35,668 nucleotides of DNA from Octopus bimaculoides (Eukaryota): assembly GCF_001194135.2 (NCBI RefSeq), contig NC_068981.1, positions 162,372,692-162,408,359 on the forward strand, in the 5' to 3' direction. Below the pieces are notes generated by a model, which worked only from the letters and a program-made list of their open reading frames with translations, was not told where the DNA came from and searched no databases. A program made the translations under genes and the position numbers. Below are positions 33,739-35,668 of this stretch, piece by piece; the stretch's first letter is position 1; each line of letters opens with the position of its first letter.

Positions 33739-34434
33739 TTGTTTTGTTCGTTATTAAAAAAATGTTCGTTTTCTGTTTTCGTTTCTCATTGTGTTTAATG
33801 TTTTTTTTTATGTCCTGTACCCATATATGCATGTATGTATACATATAGATGCAGGTATGTACATATATGTATGGATATATGCATATGTTTATATATTATT
33901 TATATTATTATATGATCGAACAACACGCATCCTTTCTCAAATAAGTTTTATCTTAATATATACATATATATGCATGTATATAAAATGCATAAATGTGTGT
34001 GTGTGTGTTTATTATAGATAGATAGACAGACAGACAGATCCAAATAACAGATTGTTACAATTTTACAAATAACTTCCCAACAAAAGCTACTAAGTGTTCC
34101 TTACATCTTTTTGAGCTGAAGCATATAAAATTTAATGACTAGAAAGTAAGAGAAAATTTCCTTAATTAGTATTTCTTAACTGTAATCATCACCTCATTAT
34201 TGCAAAATATGTGGTTTCTATTTTAACGATTGCTTGGAAATTTGTTTGACAAATGTTCTTGCTGCTTCTTAGAACATGTCAAAGAAACACACTGATGTGT
34301 GCTTACTTAACATCTTAGATCAGATATAGGAGAAACTGTATGCAATGAAGAATGAATATAAAATAAAATCAAGGCTTGTATAATTAATTCATCAATAGCT
34401 CTATATTCATAGTAATATTATAACATTATATAAA

Positions 34435-35065
34435 GTCGGTGAGCAGGCAGAATTGGAACAAAATGCTTAGTGGTATTTCATTCAAATTCACGATCTGAAT
34501 TGAGATCCTGCCCAAACTGACTTTGCCTTTCATCATTTCGGGGTTGAGAAGATAAGAATCACTTGAGCACTAGAATCAATGTAATCGACTTGCCCCTTCC
34601 TGTAAATTGCTGGCCTTGTGCCAAGATTTGAAACCAATATTTTAACATTATATAGGCAGTGAGCAGACAGAATTGTTAGCGCTTTAGACAAAATGCTTAG
34701 CAGCATTTCATCTGTCTTTATGATCTGAATTCAGATTCTGTTGCAGTTGACTTTATTTTTCATCCCTTCAAGGTCGATTAAATAAGTACCAGCTCTTCCC
34801 CATAAATTGCTGGCCTTGAGCCAAAATTTGGAACCAATATTTTAATGTCTAACATAAGGCAGCAAGTTGTTACAATTGTTAGCACACTGGACAAAATACT
34901 TAATGACATTTCTTCTGGCTCTTTACATTCTGAATTCAAATTCCACCAAGGTTGACTTGGCCTTTTATCTTTTCAAGGTTGATAAAACAAGTACCAGTTA
35001 AGCCCAAGAATGGCTGTAATCAACTCGCCCCGTCTCCTAAAATTTCAGTCATAGAAAGAAAGAAT
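34435..35065 (+). mobile_element. Three degenerate family B SINEs head to tail
   Basis: Heads gtgagcaggcagaa (about 34440), gtgagcagacagaa (about 34660) and gcaagttgttacaa (about 34862), each followed by the central block. Confidence 0.85.
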
Positions 35066-35149
35066 ATGACATTATATTTTACTGCAATTATAGGATTACC
35101 ATGTAAAATAGAGATCCTCAAACATTTTCTGTGAGCACACCCATTCATC

Positions 35150-35155
35150 GTAATT

Positions 35156-35187
<32 letters not shown>

Positions 35188-35350
35188 AATTTAATATCCC
35201 TTTTCCATGCTGGGATAGATTGAATAATTTGACAGTAACTGACTTGCTGGAAGACTGCACTAAGCTCCAACGTCTGCTCTGGTATGGCTTCTACAGCTCA
35301 TTGCCCCTCTTAATACCAGAGTGTACTGGGTACATTCTTTGTCATAACTG
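35150..35350 (-). mobile_element. Old RTE 3'-end fragment with (CAT)n
   Basis: (CAT)n...ttttccatgctggg...gactgcactaagctcc...ctacagctc. Confidence 0.7.
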
Positions 35351-35371
35351 GCACTGTTAGTACTCCCTTAT

Positions 35372-35668
35372 GAACATCCGCTTTCCATGCTAGCATGGGT
35401 TGGACGATTTGACTGAGGACTGGTGAAACCGGATGGCAACACCAGGCTCCAGTCTAATTTGGCAGAGTTTCTACAGCTGGATGCCCTTCCTAACGCCAAC
35501 CACTCAGAGAGTGTAGTGGGTGCTTTTACGTGTCACCCGCACGAAAACGGCCACGCTCGAAATGGTGTCTTTTATGTGCCACCCGCACAAGAGCCAGTCC
35601 AGGGGCACTGGCAACGATCTCGCTCGAAAATCCTACGGGAGCCAGTCAGGCGGTACTGGTAACGGCCA
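35372..35668 (-). mobile_element. Young RTE 3'-end copy (CpGs retained), runs off the window end
   Basis: catccgctttccatgctagcatgggttggacg...ttcctaacgccaaccactc...3'UTR repeats with many intact CpGs. Confidence 0.9.

Overview
AT-rich, repeat-saturated animal genomic DNA from a gapped draft assembly (N runs at 494-1107, 1514-1872, 5727-5736, 9677-9927). The SINE and microsatellite repertoire suggests an octopod cephalopod; this is inferred by pattern recognition, not by a database search. No intact protein-coding gene can be supported. The window holds: an intronless, stop-disrupted 14-3-3 epsilon-like retropseudogene (13382-13957); three DD37D (maT-type) Tc1/mariner copies and one mariner-family deletion derivative; a degraded RTE LINE with a PHD-finger-like module next to its RT, plus many 5'-truncated 3' ends of that LINE; an R4/Dong-like RT relic with a nested SINE and a nested piggyBac-type MITE; a 1.26-kb foldback element; and more than 25 tRNA-derived SINE copies in three families (labelled A, B and C here). 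The most interesting signal is RNA-structural: three hammerhead-ribozyme motifs in three unrelated sequence contexts. Those at 18081-18165 (+) and 33064-33109 (-) fold into complete minimal type I hammerheads. The third lies in a TSD-flanked 326-bp element (4203-4528) that joins a tRNA-like Pol III head to a hammerhead-like 3' module with inverted ends, a candidate SINE mobilised by Penelope-like elements. A few small splice-flanked segments may be exons of an unidentified + strand host gene (low confidence).
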